A stretch of 64,000 bases of DNA from Alphaproteobacteria bacterium (GCA_965232515.1 CBDDPY010000002.1:5568001-5632000), one strand, 5' to 3'; positions 8,038 to 17,873 are shown, counted from the first letter of the stretch. Program-made: numbers and translations. Notes: generated by a model from the letters alone, not told the origin.

Positions 8038-8625
8038 ATGCGACGTGTCGGTATTCGTTTCGGGCTCGGCCTGTTGTTGACGTTTCTTGCGCTCGCGGCG
8101 GCGCGGGCGCAGGACGCGCCGCTCGCCACCGGCGCCGTCAGCGCGTCGGCCCGCGGCGAGGTAACGCCCAGCACCGAACTGCTGGTGCGCCCGCCCGACG
8201 CCTCGCCTTTGAGCCAGGACATCGCTGCCTTTATCGCGGCCGAGCTGCGCGATCGCGGCTACCGCGTCGGCCAGGGCGGCGGCTATGTGATGAATTTCCG
8301 GCTGATCCGCGACGCCGACAATCTGCGCGAACGGCGGTCGCCGCTCGAGCTGCGCGGCGATGTCGGCAGCGCCAGCGAAAGCACGGTCGAACTGCTCTAT
8401 AACTTCCGGGTTCTGCGCAACGATCAGCCGCCGACGCCGCGGCGCCGGCCCGACCGGCGGCGCGATTTCACGCTGACGCTATTGGACCGCGACAACCAGA
8501 CCGTCTGGGACGCCCGCGTCAGCGCCAGCAGCGCCAGCGACGACGACTACGCCGTGATCATCAGCCTGCTGCCGGCTGTGCTTGACCGCCTCGGCCGCGA
8601 GGCCGTGGACGAACGCATCCCCTGA
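8038..8625 (+). CDS. Secreted hypothetical protein (weak DUF4136-like resemblance)
   Basis: Signal peptide MRRVGIRFGLGLLLTFLALAAARAQD; host-like codon usage. Confidence 0.7.
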   Translation: MRRVGIRFGLGLLLTFLALAAARAQDAPLATGAVSASARGEVTPSTELLVRPPDASPLSQDIAAFIAAELRDRGYRVGQGGGYVMNFRLIRDADNLRERRSPLELRGDVGSASESTVELLYNFRVLRNDQPPTPRRRPDRRRDFTLTLLDRDNQTVWDARVSASSASDDDYAVIISLLPAVLDRLGREAVDERIP

Positions 8626-8757
8626 CGCGGCCGCGGTCCGGGCGAGGCCGCGGTATCCCACCATGTGACCGCGCAGGCGGCCCGTTTCCCATTTCCGATC
8701 AAATCCGCGTGTCGATCACGGGTTCCTAATCTGGTTGGTTGGGATATCATTGGGACC

Positions 8758-8771
8758 ATGTACGCGTACGT
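8758..8771. promoter_or_regulatory. Possible LacI-type operator upstream of the ABC operon
   Basis: ATGTACGCGTACGT, with a perfect 10-bp core GTACGCGTAC around a central CG, in an AT-richer promoter region. Confidence 0.3.
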
Positions 8772-8869
8772 AAGCAATAGGAGTAACCCTTAGATAAGTG
8801 AAAATTTGACGGCCCGTACCCGGTGCCAAAGCTGCCGCGTCGGACCACAACAGAGGAGGAAACCCAATC

Positions 8870-10213
8870 ATGGCGAAACCTAAAAAACAATCACGCCGCC
8901 AGTTCCTCGCATCGACCGCGGCGGTATCGGCAACCGCGTTCGCGGCGCCGTATGTCAAGCGAGCCTATGCCGCCGGATCGTTGTCCGTCGGGCTCTGGGA
9001 CCACTGGGTGCCGGGCGCGAACGAGGCGACCAAGGCCCTCGTCGACGAGTGGTCGAAGAAAGAGAATGTCGAGGTCAAGCTCGACTTCATCACCTCGCAG
9101 GGCCGCAAGATCCTGCTGACCCAGGCCGCCGAGGCGCAGGCCGGATCGGGTCATGACATCCTGCCGTTCTCGACCTGGTATCCGGCGCAATACGCCGAAA
9201 AGCTCGAGCCCATGAACGACATCGTCGATCCGTTGATCGCCCAGAACGGCGCCGTCAACGGCACGGTCGAGTATCTCGGCAAGGTCGACGGCAAGTGGCT
9301 CGGCGTGCCGGCGACCGTCGGCAGCCAGATGAAGGGTCCGTGCTCGCGCATCGATCTGTTGAAAAAGCATGCCGGCATCGACATCCAGGCGATGTATCCC
9401 GCCGGCGCCGCGCCGAAGGACGAGGACTGGAACCTCGACACCTTCATGGCGGCGGCCAAGGCCTGCCACGCCGGCGGCAATCCGTTCGGCATCGGCCTCG
9501 GTATCACGTCGGACAGCGTCGATTCCGTTGGCGCCTTCTTCCATGCCTTCGGCGCCGAGCTGGTCGACGAGAACGGCGACATCACGGTGAGCTCGCCGGA
9601 AGTCGAGGCGGCGCTCAACTATATGGCGGAGCTCGGCCCGCTGCTGGCGCCGGACGCGCCGGCCTGGGACGATTCCTCCAACAACAAGTGGCTGGTCTCC
9701 GGCCGCGGCTCGATGATCATGAACCCGCCGAGCGCCTGGGCCGTTGCCAAGCGCGACGCGCCCGAGATCGCCGAGCAGTGCTGGACGCACGGCTTCCCCG
9801 CCGGTCCGAACGGCCGCTACGGTCCGTTCCTGCCGTTCTTCTGGGGCATCTGGGGCTTCAGCCAGCAGAAAGAAGCGGCCAAGAGCCTGCTCGTGCATCT
9901 GTCGCAACCGGACGCCGCGTTGAAGATGGTCGAGGCCAGCGGCGGCTATGACATCCCGGCCTTCGCGAACCTGACCAAGTTCGACACCTGGGGCAACGTC
10001 GAGCCGCCGAAGGGCACGCTCTACCATTATCCGGATCCGCACGGCCATCAGGTCCTGTCGATCGCTGCGGCGCCGGCGCCGCACAAGATCGCGGTGCAGA
10101 TCTATGCCCAGGGCGTGATGCCGAAAATGGTCGTCCGCATGATGCAGGGCGAGGCCATGAAGGACACGCTCCGCTGGGCCGAAAGCGAAGTCGAAGGCTT
10201 CATGCGCACCTAA
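8870..10213 (+). CDS. CUT1 (carbohydrate-type) ABC transporter substrate-binding protein, Tat-exported
   Basis: SRRQFL twin-arginine signal; GAGGAGG RBS; followed by two permeases and an ATPase. Confidence 0.9.
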   Translation: MAKPKKQSRRQFLASTAAVSATAFAAPYVKRAYAAGSLSVGLWDHWVPGANEATKALVDEWSKKENVEVKLDFITSQGRKILLTQAAEAQAGSGHDILPFSTWYPAQYAEKLEPMNDIVDPLIAQNGAVNGTVEYLGKVDGKWLGVPATVGSQMKGPCSRIDLLKKHAGIDIQAMYPAGAAPKDEDWNLDTFMAAAKACHAGGNPFGIGLGITSDSVDSVGAFFHAFGAELVDENGDITVSSPEVEAALNYMAELGPLLAPDAPAWDDSSNNKWLVSGRGSMIMNPPSAWAVAKRDAPEIAEQCWTHGFPAGPNGRYGPFLPFFWGIWGFSQQKEAAKSLLVHLSQPDAALKMVEASGGYDIPAFANLTKFDTWGNVEPPKGTLYHYPDPHGHQVLSIAAAPAPHKIAVQIYAQGVMPKMVVRMMQGEAMKDTLRWAESEVEGFMRT

Positions 10214-10231
10214 ACGCGCGGCGACAGCCAT

Positions 10232-10278
10232 GGCACCCATCGGATCGGATCCGCATCGCGGATCTGCCGGTGGGTGCC
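10232..10278 (+). promoter_or_regulatory. Intercistronic stem-loop after the SBP gene (mRNA stabiliser/attenuator)
   Basis: GGCACCCATCGG..GGATCCGC-ATC-GCGGATCT..CCGGTGGGTGCC. Confidence 0.5.
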
Positions 10279-10313
10279 GCTTCGGTCCCTAACCACAATC
10301 TGCGAGCGCACCG

Positions 10314-11240
10314 ATGGCAGAAGCAATCGTGCAGCCCGGCGCAAAGCCGGCGAAACGGCGTAATGGCATGCGGCGCATGTTGCAACGCAAGTCGACCATC
10401 GCCTTCCTGATGACCTTGCCCCTGATCCTGCTGATCGGCCTGCTGGTGCTCTATCCGGCCGGCTTTGCCGTCCACCTCGCGACGCTGAACAAGGGCATGA
10501 CGAAATTCGTCGGCTTCGGCAATTTCGAGTTCCTGTTCGGCCGCGAGACCTTCTGGATGGTCGTGAAGCAGTCCTGCATCTTCGCGATTACCGCCGTCAT
10601 CTTCAAAGCGCTCATCGGCTTCATCGTCGCGCACTTCGTGCACAACATCCCCAGCAAAGGCCAGCGCAAGTGGCGCGGCATGCTGCTGGTGCCCTGGGTG
10701 ATCCCGCCGGCCATGAGCACGCTCGCCTGGCTCTGGCTGTTCGATCCGTCCTACAGCGCCTTCAACTGGGTGTTGAATTCGCTCGGCGCCGAGTCGGTTC
10801 CCTGGACCGGCGACGCCTATTGGGCGCGCTTCTCGGTCATCCTGGTGAACATCTGGATCGGCTCGCCGTTCTTCATGATCATGTATCTGGCGGCGCTCAA
10901 ATCGGTGCCGGATCAACTGTACGAGGCCGCCCTTATCGACGGCGCCAACTGGTGGCAGCGCATCTGGTACATCACGCTGCCGATGATGCGGAACATCATC
11001 GCCATCACGGCTTTGTTCTCGCTGATCGTCACCTTCGCCAACTTCGACATCGTGCGCATCCTCACCGCGGGCGGCCCGCTCGACAAGACGCATGTCTTCG
11101 CCACCTGGGCCTTCGTGGTCGGCATCGAGAGTGGCGACATCCCGCTCGGCGCCAGCGTGTCCTTGTTCATGATGCCGTTCCTGGCCATCGCCGCGATCAT
11201 CATTCTGCGCGACGTCACCAAACGGGGGAACGAAGCATGA
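10314..11240 (+). CDS. Carbohydrate ABC transporter permease (MalF/UgpA-like)
   Basis: FVGFGNF, LYEAALIDGANWWQRIWYITLP (EAA loop). Confidence 0.93.
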   Translation: MAEAIVQPGAKPAKRRNGMRRMLQRKSTIAFLMTLPLILLIGLLVLYPAGFAVHLATLNKGMTKFVGFGNFEFLFGRETFWMVVKQSCIFAITAVIFKALIGFIVAHFVHNIPSKGQRKWRGMLLVPWVIPPAMSTLAWLWLFDPSYSAFNWVLNSLGAESVPWTGDAYWARFSVILVNIWIGSPFFMIMYLAALKSVPDQLYEAALIDGANWWQRIWYITLPMMRNIIAITALFSLIVTFANFDIVRILTAGGPLDKTHVFATWAFVVGIESGDIPLGASVSLFMMPFLAIAAIIILRDVTKRGNEA

Positions 11241-12151
11241 CGACGGCCGCTCCTTCGATCGACCGTGGCGCACCGACCCGGCCGCGCTATGGCAGCATGC
11301 GGCGCAGCCGCCAATGGGCGCTGCGCTGGTCCTATTTCTTCCTGGTGCTGTTCGCGATCTTCTTCCTGCTGCCGCCGATCTACATGCTGATCACGTCGCT
11401 CAAGACCAGCGCCGAGATCTCGGCGGCGACCAATCCCTGGTGGGTGTTCAACCCGACGCTCGAAAACTACATCGAGCTGCTGACCACGGATCAGTATCTG
11501 GTCTTCTTCCGCAACTCGGCCATGGTCTCGATCATCGTCGTGACCTTGACCATGCTGATCAGCGTGCCCGCCGCCTTCGCGCTCTCGCGCATGAAGTTCT
11601 GGGGCTCGGCGACGCTGGCGACCGGCGTCTTCCTCACTTACCTGGTGCCCGAGACGCTGCTGTTCATCCCGCTGTTCAAGATCTTCGCCGAGTTCCGCAA
11701 CATCACCGGCATCGAGCTGATCAACAACTGGTGGGTGCTGCTGATCCTCTATCCGACGCTGACCGTGCCGTTCTGCACCTGGATCATGATCGGCTATTTC
11801 GCCTCGATCCCGAAGGAGCTGGACGAGGCGGCGTTGCTCGACGGCGCGACCTGGATTCAGACGCTGACCAAGGTGTTCATTCCGGTGGCGCTGCCGGGCC
11901 TGATCGCCGCGACCATTTTCGCCTTCACCGTCTCCTGGGCTCAGTTCCTCTATCCCCTTGCGTTTACCACATCGGTGGAGGAACTGGTGCTGCCGGTCGG
12001 CATCGTCACCACGCTGATCAAAGGCGACGTCTTCAACTGGGGTCAGATCATGACCGGCGCGCTGCTCGGCGCGGCGCCGCCGTTGATCATCTATGCCTTC
12101 CTGATGGACTATTACATCGCCGGCCTGACCTCCGGCGCGACAAAGGGGTAA
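11237..12151 (+). CDS. Carbohydrate ABC transporter permease (MalG/UgpE-like)
   Basis: ATGA overlap; IPKELDEAALLDGA, GLTSGATKG C-terminus. Confidence 0.93.
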   Translation: MTTAAPSIDRGAPTRPRYGSMRRSRQWALRWSYFFLVLFAIFFLLPPIYMLITSLKTSAEISAATNPWWVFNPTLENYIELLTTDQYLVFFRNSAMVSIIVVTLTMLISVPAAFALSRMKFWGSATLATGVFLTYLVPETLLFIPLFKIFAEFRNITGIELINNWWVLLILYPTLTVPFCTWIMIGYFASIPKELDEAALLDGATWIQTLTKVFIPVALPGLIAATIFAFTVSWAQFLYPLAFTTSVEELVLPVGIVTTLIKGDVFNWGQIMTGALLGAAPPLIIYAFLMDYYIAGLTSGATKG

Positions 12152-12155
12152 GTCG

Positions 12156-13256
12156 ATGGCTGAGGTTTCGCTGCAACATCTGGTCAAGCGCTTCGATGAG
12201 GTCGAGGCCGTCGCCGGCATCGATCTCGCCATCGACGATCAGGAATTCGTCGTGCTGGTCGGCCCCTCCGGCTGCGGCAAGTCCACCACGCTGCGCATGA
12301 TCGCCGGCCTGGAAGACATCACCGCCGGCGACATCCGCATCGGCGGCGACGTCATCAACGACGTGCCGCCCAAGGACCGGGACATCGCCATGGTGTTCCA
12401 GAACTATGCGCTTTATCCGCATATGACGGTGTCCGAGAACATGTCCTTCGGCCTGCGCCTGAAGCGGTTTCCCAAGGCCGAGATCCGTCAGCGTGTCGAC
12501 GAGGCCGCGCGCATCCTCAACATCACCGACTTGCTCGACCGCAAGCCGCGCCAGCTCTCCGGCGGCCAGCGTCAGCGTGTGGCCATGGGCCGCGCCATCG
12601 TGCGCAATCCCAAGGTTTTCCTGTTCGACGAGCCGCTCTCGAACCTCGACGCCAAGCTGCGCGTGCAGATGCGCACCGAGATCAAGCGCGTGCATCAAAA
12701 AGTGCCAGTGACGACGATCTACGTCACCCACGACCAGGTCGAGGCGATGACGCTCGCCGACCGCGTCGTGGTCATGAACAACGGCCTGATCGAGCAGGTC
12801 GACGCGCCGAACGTGCTCTACCATTCGCCGGCGACCCGCTTCGTCGCCGGCTTCATCGGCTCGCCGGCCATGAACTTCCTGCCCTGCCAGCTCGAGCAGA
12901 ACGCCGACGCGCTGACGCTGCACCTGTCGGACGAGATCCGGCTGCCGCTGCCGGCCGCGCGCACCGAGCGCTACCGCGCCTATGTCGGCCGCCCGCTGCT
13001 GTTCGGCCTGCGCCCCGAGCACCTGACCGAGGTCCGGCCCCACGCCAACGGGGGCGAGATGGCCGAGCTCACGGCCACGCCCGACGTGGTCGAGCCCATG
13101 GGCATGGAGACGCTTGTGTACTTCTCCGTCGACGGCGAGGAAGTCTGCGCCCGCCTCGATCCCGTCGCGGCGCCGCAGGTCGATCAGCCCATCGGCCTCG
13201 CCGCCAACCTCGGCCACATGCACCTCATCGACCCCGACACCGACCGCGTCCTCTAA
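12156..13256 (+). CDS. ABC transporter ATP-binding protein (MalK/UgpC-like)
   Basis: GPSGCGKST, LSGGQRQR, FLFDEPLSNLD, YVTHDQVEA. Confidence 0.95.
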   Translation: MAEVSLQHLVKRFDEVEAVAGIDLAIDDQEFVVLVGPSGCGKSTTLRMIAGLEDITAGDIRIGGDVINDVPPKDRDIAMVFQNYALYPHMTVSENMSFGLRLKRFPKAEIRQRVDEAARILNITDLLDRKPRQLSGGQRQRVAMGRAIVRNPKVFLFDEPLSNLDAKLRVQMRTEIKRVHQKVPVTTIYVTHDQVEAMTLADRVVVMNNGLIEQVDAPNVLYHSPATRFVAGFIGSPAMNFLPCQLEQNADALTLHLSDEIRLPLPAARTERYRAYVGRPLLFGLRPEHLTEVRPHANGGEMAELTATPDVVEPMGMETLVYFSVDGEEVCARLDPVAAPQVDQPIGLAANLGHMHLIDPDTDRVL

Positions 13257-13280
13257 CGGTGTCGCGAACAAAATGGGGTT

Positions 13281-13378
13281 CACCACAAAGACACGAAGAC
13301 ACAAAGAACCAAAAGGTTTGTTGGCGCGAAGCGCCGAAAAAGCAGGTTTGTTCTTCGTGTCTTTGCGTCTTTGTGGTT
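13281..13378 (+). repeat. ~100-bp hairpin element, family C copy 1
   Basis: CACCACAAAGACACGAAGACACAAAG...TTGGCGCGAAGCGCC...CTTCGTGTCTTTGCGTCTTTGTGGT. Confidence 0.8.
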
Positions 13379-13416
13379 CAAAAATCCGGGATCACCACCG
13401 GCACCGTGCCTGATGA

Positions 13417-14334
13417 TTACGGCGCGGCGTTGAGCAGCCGCGGCGTGTCGGCGCGCAACAGCTCGACCAGCGCCTCCATCGTGGCGCTGCGATAGCCGCC
13501 ACGGCGTTGCACCAACGTCACCGGACATTCCGGTTTCATGCCGGCGACCTCGACGATGCGCAGGCTGCCGACCCGCAGCTCCTCGCGGATGCTGGCGAGC
13601 GGCATCAACGAGATCCCGAACCCGGCCTCGACCAGCCGCTTCTGCGCCGTCAGGCTGTCGACCGCGGTGATCGCCGGCTCGGTCAGTCCGGCGCCGATCA
13701 GCGCCGTCTCCAGCATCCGGCCGAAGGACTCCGGTTGGCCGCGGCTCACTGGAAAGCCGAGCCAGCGGTCTTCGGCGAAGACATGGATGTCCTTGACCCG
13801 TTTCGCCCGCACCCGATGCCCCGCCGGCACCACCACGAACAGCCGTTCGGCGCCGAGCGGGCTCAGCTCCAGCCGCCGGTCATTATCCGGCCAGTAACGC
13901 AGGCCCAGATCGGCGTCGCCCCGCCGCACCAGGTCGCTCACCTCGCGGCTCGTCGCCGTGCGCAGCTCGATGCGTGCTTGCTTGAAGCGCGCCTGAAACC
14001 TGCGCAGGGTGCCGACGACATGCGCGTCCGCCAGCGTGCCGACGATCGCCAGCGTCAGCGCGTCGTCCGCGCGCGCGCCGATCCCGCGCACCGCCTTCGC
14101 GCCGTCGCGCATCGCCGCCAACGCCGCCTCCGCGTGCGGCAGCAGCGCCCGGCCCGCCGACGTCAGCGCCACGCCGCGTCCGACCCGCTCGAACAACGGC
14201 GCCCCCAGCGTCTCTTCCAGCAGCGCGATCCGCCGGCTGATCGCCGGCTGCGACCGGTTCAACCGCTCCGACGCCTTCGTGAACCCGCCGAGCTCGGCAA
14301 TGCACACGAACGCCTCGATCTCGTCCAGAGTCAT
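13417..14334 (-). CDS. LysR family transcriptional regulator
   Basis: GGFTKASERLNRSQPAISRRIALLEETLGAPLFER...LTSAG. Confidence 0.95.
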   Translation of the reverse strand: MTLDEIEAFVCIAELGGFTKASERLNRSQPAISRRIALLEETLGAPLFERVGRGVALTSAGRALLPHAEAALAAMRDGAKAVRGIGARADDALTLAIVGTLADAHVVGTLRRFQARFKQARIELRTATSREVSDLVRRGDADLGLRYWPDNDRRLELSPLGAERLFVVVPAGHRVRAKRVKDIHVFAEDRWLGFPVSRGQPESFGRMLETALIGAGLTEPAITAVDSLTAQKRLVEAGFGISLMPLASIREELRVGSLRIVEVAGMKPECPVTLVQRRGGYRSATMEALVELLRADTPRLLNAAP

Positions 14335-14336
14335 GA

Positions 14337-14353
14337 CATCAGAATAACTGATG
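14337..14353. promoter_or_regulatory. LysR recognition box (T-N11-A)
   Basis: CATCAG-AATAA-CTGATG palindrome just upstream of the LysR start, in the divergent promoter. Confidence 0.7.
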
Positions 14354-14472
14354 AATAGAAGAAAGACTATGCATTAGACATATGATTAATTGGCGGGCAA
14401 CCTGTCCTGGAAATCGAACACTGATCGACGCGTACGAACGCCCTCAGGCCGCATCAAACCCAGGAGCCTCCC

Positions 14473-15288
14473 ATGACCGACCAGACCGCCAAAGCCGTCG
14501 CCTTCCGCGACCTGCACGACCGGCCCGAGCCGTTCCTCCTGCCGAACCCCTGGGACGCCGGCAGCGCCCGGCTGCTGGCCGACCTGGGCTTCCCGGCGCT
14601 TGCCACCACCAGCCTCGGCGTCGCCGTCAACCACGGCAAGGCGCGGGCCACGGCCGACGAGATCATCGAGAACTGCCGGGTTATCGCCGCGGCGACCGAT
14701 CTGCCGGTGAACGCCGATCTCGAGAACGGCTACGCCGACGATCCCGAAGACGCGGCGAAGATGATCGCACGGGCCTACGCGGCGGGCGTCGTCGGCGCCT
14801 CCATCGAGGACGCCACCGGCGATCGCGCCAAACCGATCTACGATCTCGACCTCGCCGTCGCCCGCGTCGCCGCCGCCGTCGAAGCCGCCCGCGCCCTGCC
14901 GCAGCCGTTCATGCTGACAGCTCGGGCCGAGGGGCTGCTCTACCGCGTGCACGACCTGGATGAGATTATCCGCCGCCTGCAGGCCTTCGAGGCCGTCGGC
15001 GCCGACGTGCTCTACGCGCCGGCGCTGATGACGACATCAGACATGCGCACCGTCGTCGAGTCCGTCGGCAAGCCCGTCAACGTGGTCATGGGCCTCTCCG
15101 ACCCCAACATCACGTTGCCCGAGCTCGCCGAGGCCGGCGTCCGCCGCGTCAGCATCGGCGGCGCCTTCTCCCGCGTCGCCCTGCAAGCCGTCACCCGCGC
15201 CGCCACGGAAATGCGCGAAGGCCGCTTCACCTTCGCCGCCGACCTGTTCCCGGTCAAAGAGCTCCGCCGCATCTTCCCCGACGAGTAA
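14473..15288 (+). CDS. Isocitrate lyase/PEP mutase superfamily protein
   Basis: PNPWDAGSARLL, ALATTS, PVNADLENGY, ASIED, LTARAE, GADVLYAP. Confidence 0.9.
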   Translation: MTDQTAKAVAFRDLHDRPEPFLLPNPWDAGSARLLADLGFPALATTSLGVAVNHGKARATADEIIENCRVIAAATDLPVNADLENGYADDPEDAAKMIARAYAAGVVGASIEDATGDRAKPIYDLDLAVARVAAAVEAARALPQPFMLTARAEGLLYRVHDLDEIIRRLQAFEAVGADVLYAPALMTTSDMRTVVESVGKPVNVVMGLSDPNITLPELAEAGVRRVSIGGAFSRVALQAVTRAATEMREGRFTFAADLFPVKELRRIFPDE

Positions 15289-15311
15289 GCCGACGCGGCC
15301 AACAAACCGGT

Positions 15312-15413
15312 TTCACCACAGAGGGCACAGAGTTCACAGAGAACCAACCTGTTTGTTAGGCGCTTTGCGCCAACCAGCTTTTTCTCTGTGTGCTCGGTGT
15401 CCTCTGTGGTGAA
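15312..15413 (-). repeat. ~100-bp hairpin element, family C copy 2 (opposite orientation)
   Basis: TTCACCACAGAGG...CCTCTGTGGTGAA arms; minus-strand core GGTTGGCGCAAAGCGCC..CAGGTTGGTTCTCTGTG. Confidence 0.8.
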
Positions 15414-15442
15414 TAGATCGGGCGTGCCGACGGCACATCCGC

Positions 15443-16192
15443 TCAGGATGCCTTCAGCATATGCAGGCGGGCGAGCAGCTCGGTCTGGTTGCCGCAGTCC
15501 AGCTTGTCCTTGATGCGCCGGTAGTGCGTATGCACCGTGTTGGTCGAGCGGCCGTTTCGGCGCGCGTAGTCCGGCAGCGCCTCGCCCAGCGCGAGGCATT
15601 TCGCCAGCTGACATTCGGCCGCCGTCAAACCGAGGCTCGCCAGGACCCTGACGAACCGCTCCGTATCGACCTGGTCCCGCTGGCCGGCCCAGCAGAGCGA
15701 CAGGGACCGCTTGATATGCGGCTCCAGCAGCCGCATGACGGTGAAGTGGTCGTCGCTCGCGGCGCCGTCCCGCGCCCGTAGCTGGAACGCCAGGAAGGCC
15801 ACGAAATTGTCGTCCAGGATCGGCGTCTGCGCCGAAATGAAGTAACGCAGTCCGGACGGCGCCAGCAGCTCCTGATAGAACGGGTCGCGGTCCATCTGGG
15901 GCTCATCGATCAGCAGGTGATCGTGGCCGATCACGCCATTCCTGAACGTGTGCAGATAGGCGTTGCGCGGATTGTGACTGTAGTCGCGCGCATAGCGCAT
16001 GGCGTTCGACATATCGAGGCGCACGCTTTCGATCCGCGCGACATGTTTGTCGTCGACGCGGTGGATCTCCATCGTCGCGCCGTCGGCGTTCAGCTCTTCC
16101 GCGATTGTGGTCAGAACCGGATCCCAGGCGATTTCGCCCGTGGCGGCGGCGTACAGGCCGTCGACCGTTTCCAGTATCCAATCGCGTTTCAT
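15443..16192 (-). CDS. LuxR-type HTH regulator with N-terminal GAF-like sensor region
   Basis: C-terminal GLTAAECQLAKCLALG...RSTNTVHTHYRRIKDKLDCGNQTELL; N-terminal LYAAATGEIAW, DPFYQELLAP. Confidence 0.85.
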   Translation of the reverse strand: MKRDWILETVDGLYAAATGEIAWDPVLTTIAEELNADGATMEIHRVDDKHVARIESVRLDMSNAMRYARDYSHNPRNAYLHTFRNGVIGHDHLLIDEPQMDRDPFYQELLAPSGLRYFISAQTPILDDNFVAFLAFQLRARDGAASDDHFTVMRLLEPHIKRSLSLCWAGQRDQVDTERFVRVLASLGLTAAECQLAKCLALGEALPDYARRNGRSTNTVHTHYRRIKDKLDCGNQTELLARLHMLKAS

Positions 16193-16247
16193 TACGCCGG
16201 TCTCCCGAACCGCTTGTCGCGATCCATTTATGGTTAAGTAAATCCCA

Positions 16248-16263
16248 TCACCGGATCTGGTGA
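16248..16263. promoter_or_regulatory. Near-perfect 16-bp palindrome in the LuxR/PEP-CTERM divergent promoter
   Basis: TCACCGGA-TCTGGTGA (one mismatch). Confidence 0.45.
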
Positions 16264-16492
16264 CGACAGCCCCAATACTCGAACGTTAGCTTAGCTGGAC
16301 AAACGATTCCATGCGGTCGTGGCTTCGAGATGGTCAAGGAGTTTGCCGGGAAAAACTTAAAACCGTTTCACCGAGTCCCAGACCAAGACCAAGCCACGTG
16401 AGTTCTTGGCGGTGCGAAAACAACGACGGCGCTGCGCCAGCTTTTGGTGACATCCCCGGCCGCCAGCGTCCTGCCGAGTTCGAGGAGGCACC

Positions 16493-17689
16493 ATGAAACA
16501 CCGTAAGCTCATTCTCGCCGGCGTCTGCGCCGTTGGCCTGACGGCGTTCGAGGCCGCGGCGCTACCGTTGAACCCTAACGATTTCGCCTCGCTCGGCCAG
16601 CTCAACGGCGCCGCCATAACCATCGACACCGACGCGCTCACCTTCAACGGCGGCGCCGGCGGCACGCTGTTCAGCCAGGGCGGCGCGCCCTTCGGCGAGC
16701 GCACGGGCGGGCCGCCCGACATCGCCGTCTTCGCCTTCGACGGCGGTTCCGTTCTGGGCGACGTCACCGTCACCGGCGCGAATGCGGTCGCCTTCCTGTT
16801 CCTCGGCGACGTCACGGTCTCGGGCGCCATCGACATCGGCGGTCAGACCACCAATGCGGCCAATCCCGGCGTCACATCAGGCGGCGATGCCGGTCCGGGC
16901 GGCGGCCAGGGCCGCCGGGGCTTCCGCGGCCTCAGCAATCCCCGCGAGCAGGACGGCTTCGGGCCGGGCGGCGGCGAGCACGGCAGCGTCGACAACGGCG
17001 GCTCGAACGACAGCGGTGGGGCCGGCGGTGGTTTCGGCACGCCGGGCGGTGACGCGGGCGCCGGCATCGGTGGCGTCGACGGCGGCGTCGTCCATGGCGA
17101 TCTCGCAGCCGCGCTCCAGGGCGGCTCCGGCGGTGGCGGCGGCGGTGGCTTTCAGGGCGCCTTTTTCGGCGGCGGCTCCGGCGGCGGCGGGGGCGGTGGC
17201 GCGCTCGAGATCGGCGCGCTGGGCGCGCTCAGCTTCGTCGGCGCCGAGATCAGCGCCGACGGCGCCGACGGCAATTTCCTGCCCGGCCGCGTCACCGGCG
17301 GGGGCGGCGGTTCCGGCGGCGGGCTGTTCTTCCACGCCTTCGACATCGTGATCGATCTCGACACGGTGCTCACCGCCAACGGCGGCGATGGTGGCGGCGC
17401 GGGCGGCGGTCGCGGCGGCTGCGGCGGCGGTGGCCGCATCACCTTCCTCAGCAACACCGACGGCAGCCTCACCAACAACGGCCAGATCGAAGCCAACCCC
17501 GGCGCCGCCGGCGGCGCTTGCGACCCCCTCACCACCAACATCAGCTTCCTCACCGCCCCCGACATCGGCGATCCCCCAACCCAATCCCCACCCGTCGCCC
17601 AAATCCCCGAACCCGCCACCGCTCCGCTCCTGGCCCTCGCCCTCGCGCTCCTCGCCTGGCGCGGTCGGCGCCAACCGCCCACAACCTAA
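16493..17689 (+). CDS. Glycine-rich secreted protein with PEP-CTERM sorting signal
   Basis: Signal peptide; GGSGGGGG tracts; C-terminal IPEPATAPLLALALALLAWRGRRQ; GAGGAGG RBS. Confidence 0.88.
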   Translation: MKHRKLILAGVCAVGLTAFEAAALPLNPNDFASLGQLNGAAITIDTDALTFNGGAGGTLFSQGGAPFGERTGGPPDIAVFAFDGGSVLGDVTVTGANAVAFLFLGDVTVSGAIDIGGQTTNAANPGVTSGGDAGPGGGQGRRGFRGLSNPREQDGFGPGGGEHGSVDNGGSNDSGGAGGGFGTPGGDAGAGIGGVDGGVVHGDLAAALQGGSGGGGGGGFQGAFFGGGSGGGGGGGALEIGALGALSFVGAEISADGADGNFLPGRVTGGGGGSGGGLFFHAFDIVIDLDTVLTANGGDGGGAGGGRGGCGGGGRITFLSNTDGSLTNNGQIEANPGAAGGACDPLTTNISFLTAPDIGDPPTQSPPVAQIPEPATAPLLALALALLAWRGRRQPPTT

Positions 17690-17780
17690 TTCCGGTGACA
17701 GTAACTGTAATTATCGCGGTTGTGCTAAGGGCGGGTCCATCGCGATCCGACCGTGCCACGCGGCGCGAATAAACGAAATC

Positions 17781-17873
17781 TCACCACATAGGCACAGAGA
17801 AACAAAAACTGGTTGGCGCGCAGCGCCAAAAATCCAGGTTGGTTCTCTGTGCTCTCCGTGTCTCTGTGGTTCA
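17781..17873 (+). repeat. ~100-bp hairpin element, family C copy 3
   Basis: TCACCACATAGGCACAGAG...GGTTGGCGCGCAGCGCC..CAGGTTGGTTCTCTGTG...TCTCTGTGGT. Confidence 0.8.

Noticed and set aside
16230-16237. TTAACCAT CtrA-like half-site (also at 30761)
   Set aside because: Isolated 8-mers without the TTAA-N7-TTAA full site
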